Shown in pieces: positions 63,346-64,000 of a stretch of DNA of 64,000 nucleotides. The position numbers were made by a program, and so were the translations under genes. The stretch spans positions 604,899 through 668,898 of the forward strand of contig JAHLTZ010000013.1 of assembly GCA_025786725.1 (NCBI GenBank), given 5' to 3'. Position 1 is the first letter of the stretch. Each line of letters begins with the position of its first letter. Source of the stretch: Syncephalis fuscata S228 (taxonomy: Eukaryota; Fungi; Zoopagomycota). A model generated the notes under the pieces. That model did not search any database, had not been told where the DNA came from, and saw nothing but the letters and a program-made list of their open reading frames with translations.

Positions 63346-64000
63346 ACAGACACAGTAAGTAATGGAATAATTGACAGACAGACAGACAAAAAACTAATTG
63401 ATTAAATGACCAACTAACAAATTAAATGATAGACAGACTAACTAACTGAACAACTGAAGCATAGATAGGATGAAACATAGGTAGTTTAGGCCACTACATG
63501 TTTAATAAATTTATTTTAGCACAATTTAGGGATGAAGTGTATCTATGTTTATATACATAGATACAGCATCAACTAAGCAATGGTTTGCAAGTGATTTGAA
63601 TGTTATAGCATGTATATTGACAGACTTTTACTAGTAGGCGATTTGACGCAATATTTGAGGAAAAAAGGCAATAATTAGCCGATAATTGTCTAATAGACTA
63701 ACTAACAGAATAATGGACTAAACAAGCGGATAATTGACCAAGTTACTTATCAATAGCATATTTGCATAATGTAATAAGTAGTTTATGCAATAAAAGGTAC
63801 AAGTGGCCAAATATTTGAGTAAATAAAGCAATTAACGAATAAATTGGCCAATACACACAAGTACTTTGTAAGAGAAAGAGATTAGCACAATATTGCACAA
63901 TACTTTAGATACATTTACATAGACAGATACAGCATCAATCAGGCAATATTATGCAATATATTTCATAGGTATAGCTTGTGTATTGACAGAATTGTACTAG

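Larger units (their letters stand above)
58239..63742 (+). repeat. Copy 2 of the ~5.1-5.5 kb composite direct repeat
   Basis: Colinear with 44957-50062. Longer because of an expanded hexamer array and small tandem expansions. Confidence 0.92.

Overview
Intron-rich, AT-rich eukaryotic DNA from a fungus, most likely an early-diverging lineage. This is an inference from short GT-AG introns, fungal-type housekeeping genes and a retained gamma-secretase APH-1. Positions 1-43 kb are gene-dense: QCR9, type II PI4-kinase, SPX phosphate transporter, TIM8, eIF2B-beta, CAF1/POP2, OHCU decarboxylase, ABCC transporter, AP-3 beta, APH-1, VPS28, ribosomal-L1-domain protein, SLS1-like protein, FIS1, ALG6, CWF18 and a K/R-rich hypothetical protein. 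The standout is the apparent ~80-bp tandem repeat at 10.4-13.6 kb, which the ORF track misses. On the minus strand it reads as 40 three-nucleotide microexons (39 with intact AG|NNN|GT sites) separated by mutually homologous introns. They splice between a signal-peptide exon and a short terminal exon. The predicted product is a 74-aa secreted precursor, MKLFIIVACTLTIAFVASTAIVEARPALARR-ANEEEKCTAYYEKYCVFCKPEDKKSYIDDCIARCNQNRCPNIE, with six Cys; almost every mature-peptide codon is split by a phase-1 intron. Positions 43-64 kb are repeat-rich. Two ~5.1-5.5 kb direct copies of a composite block each carry foldback arms, hairpin minisatellites and a nested-inverted-repeat element around a hexamer array. 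Between the copies lie a 28-bp minisatellite, four ~841-bp tandem units and an intact 7-exon 837-aa gene of unknown function. A few 1-nt frameshifts in conserved genes look like assembly errors.
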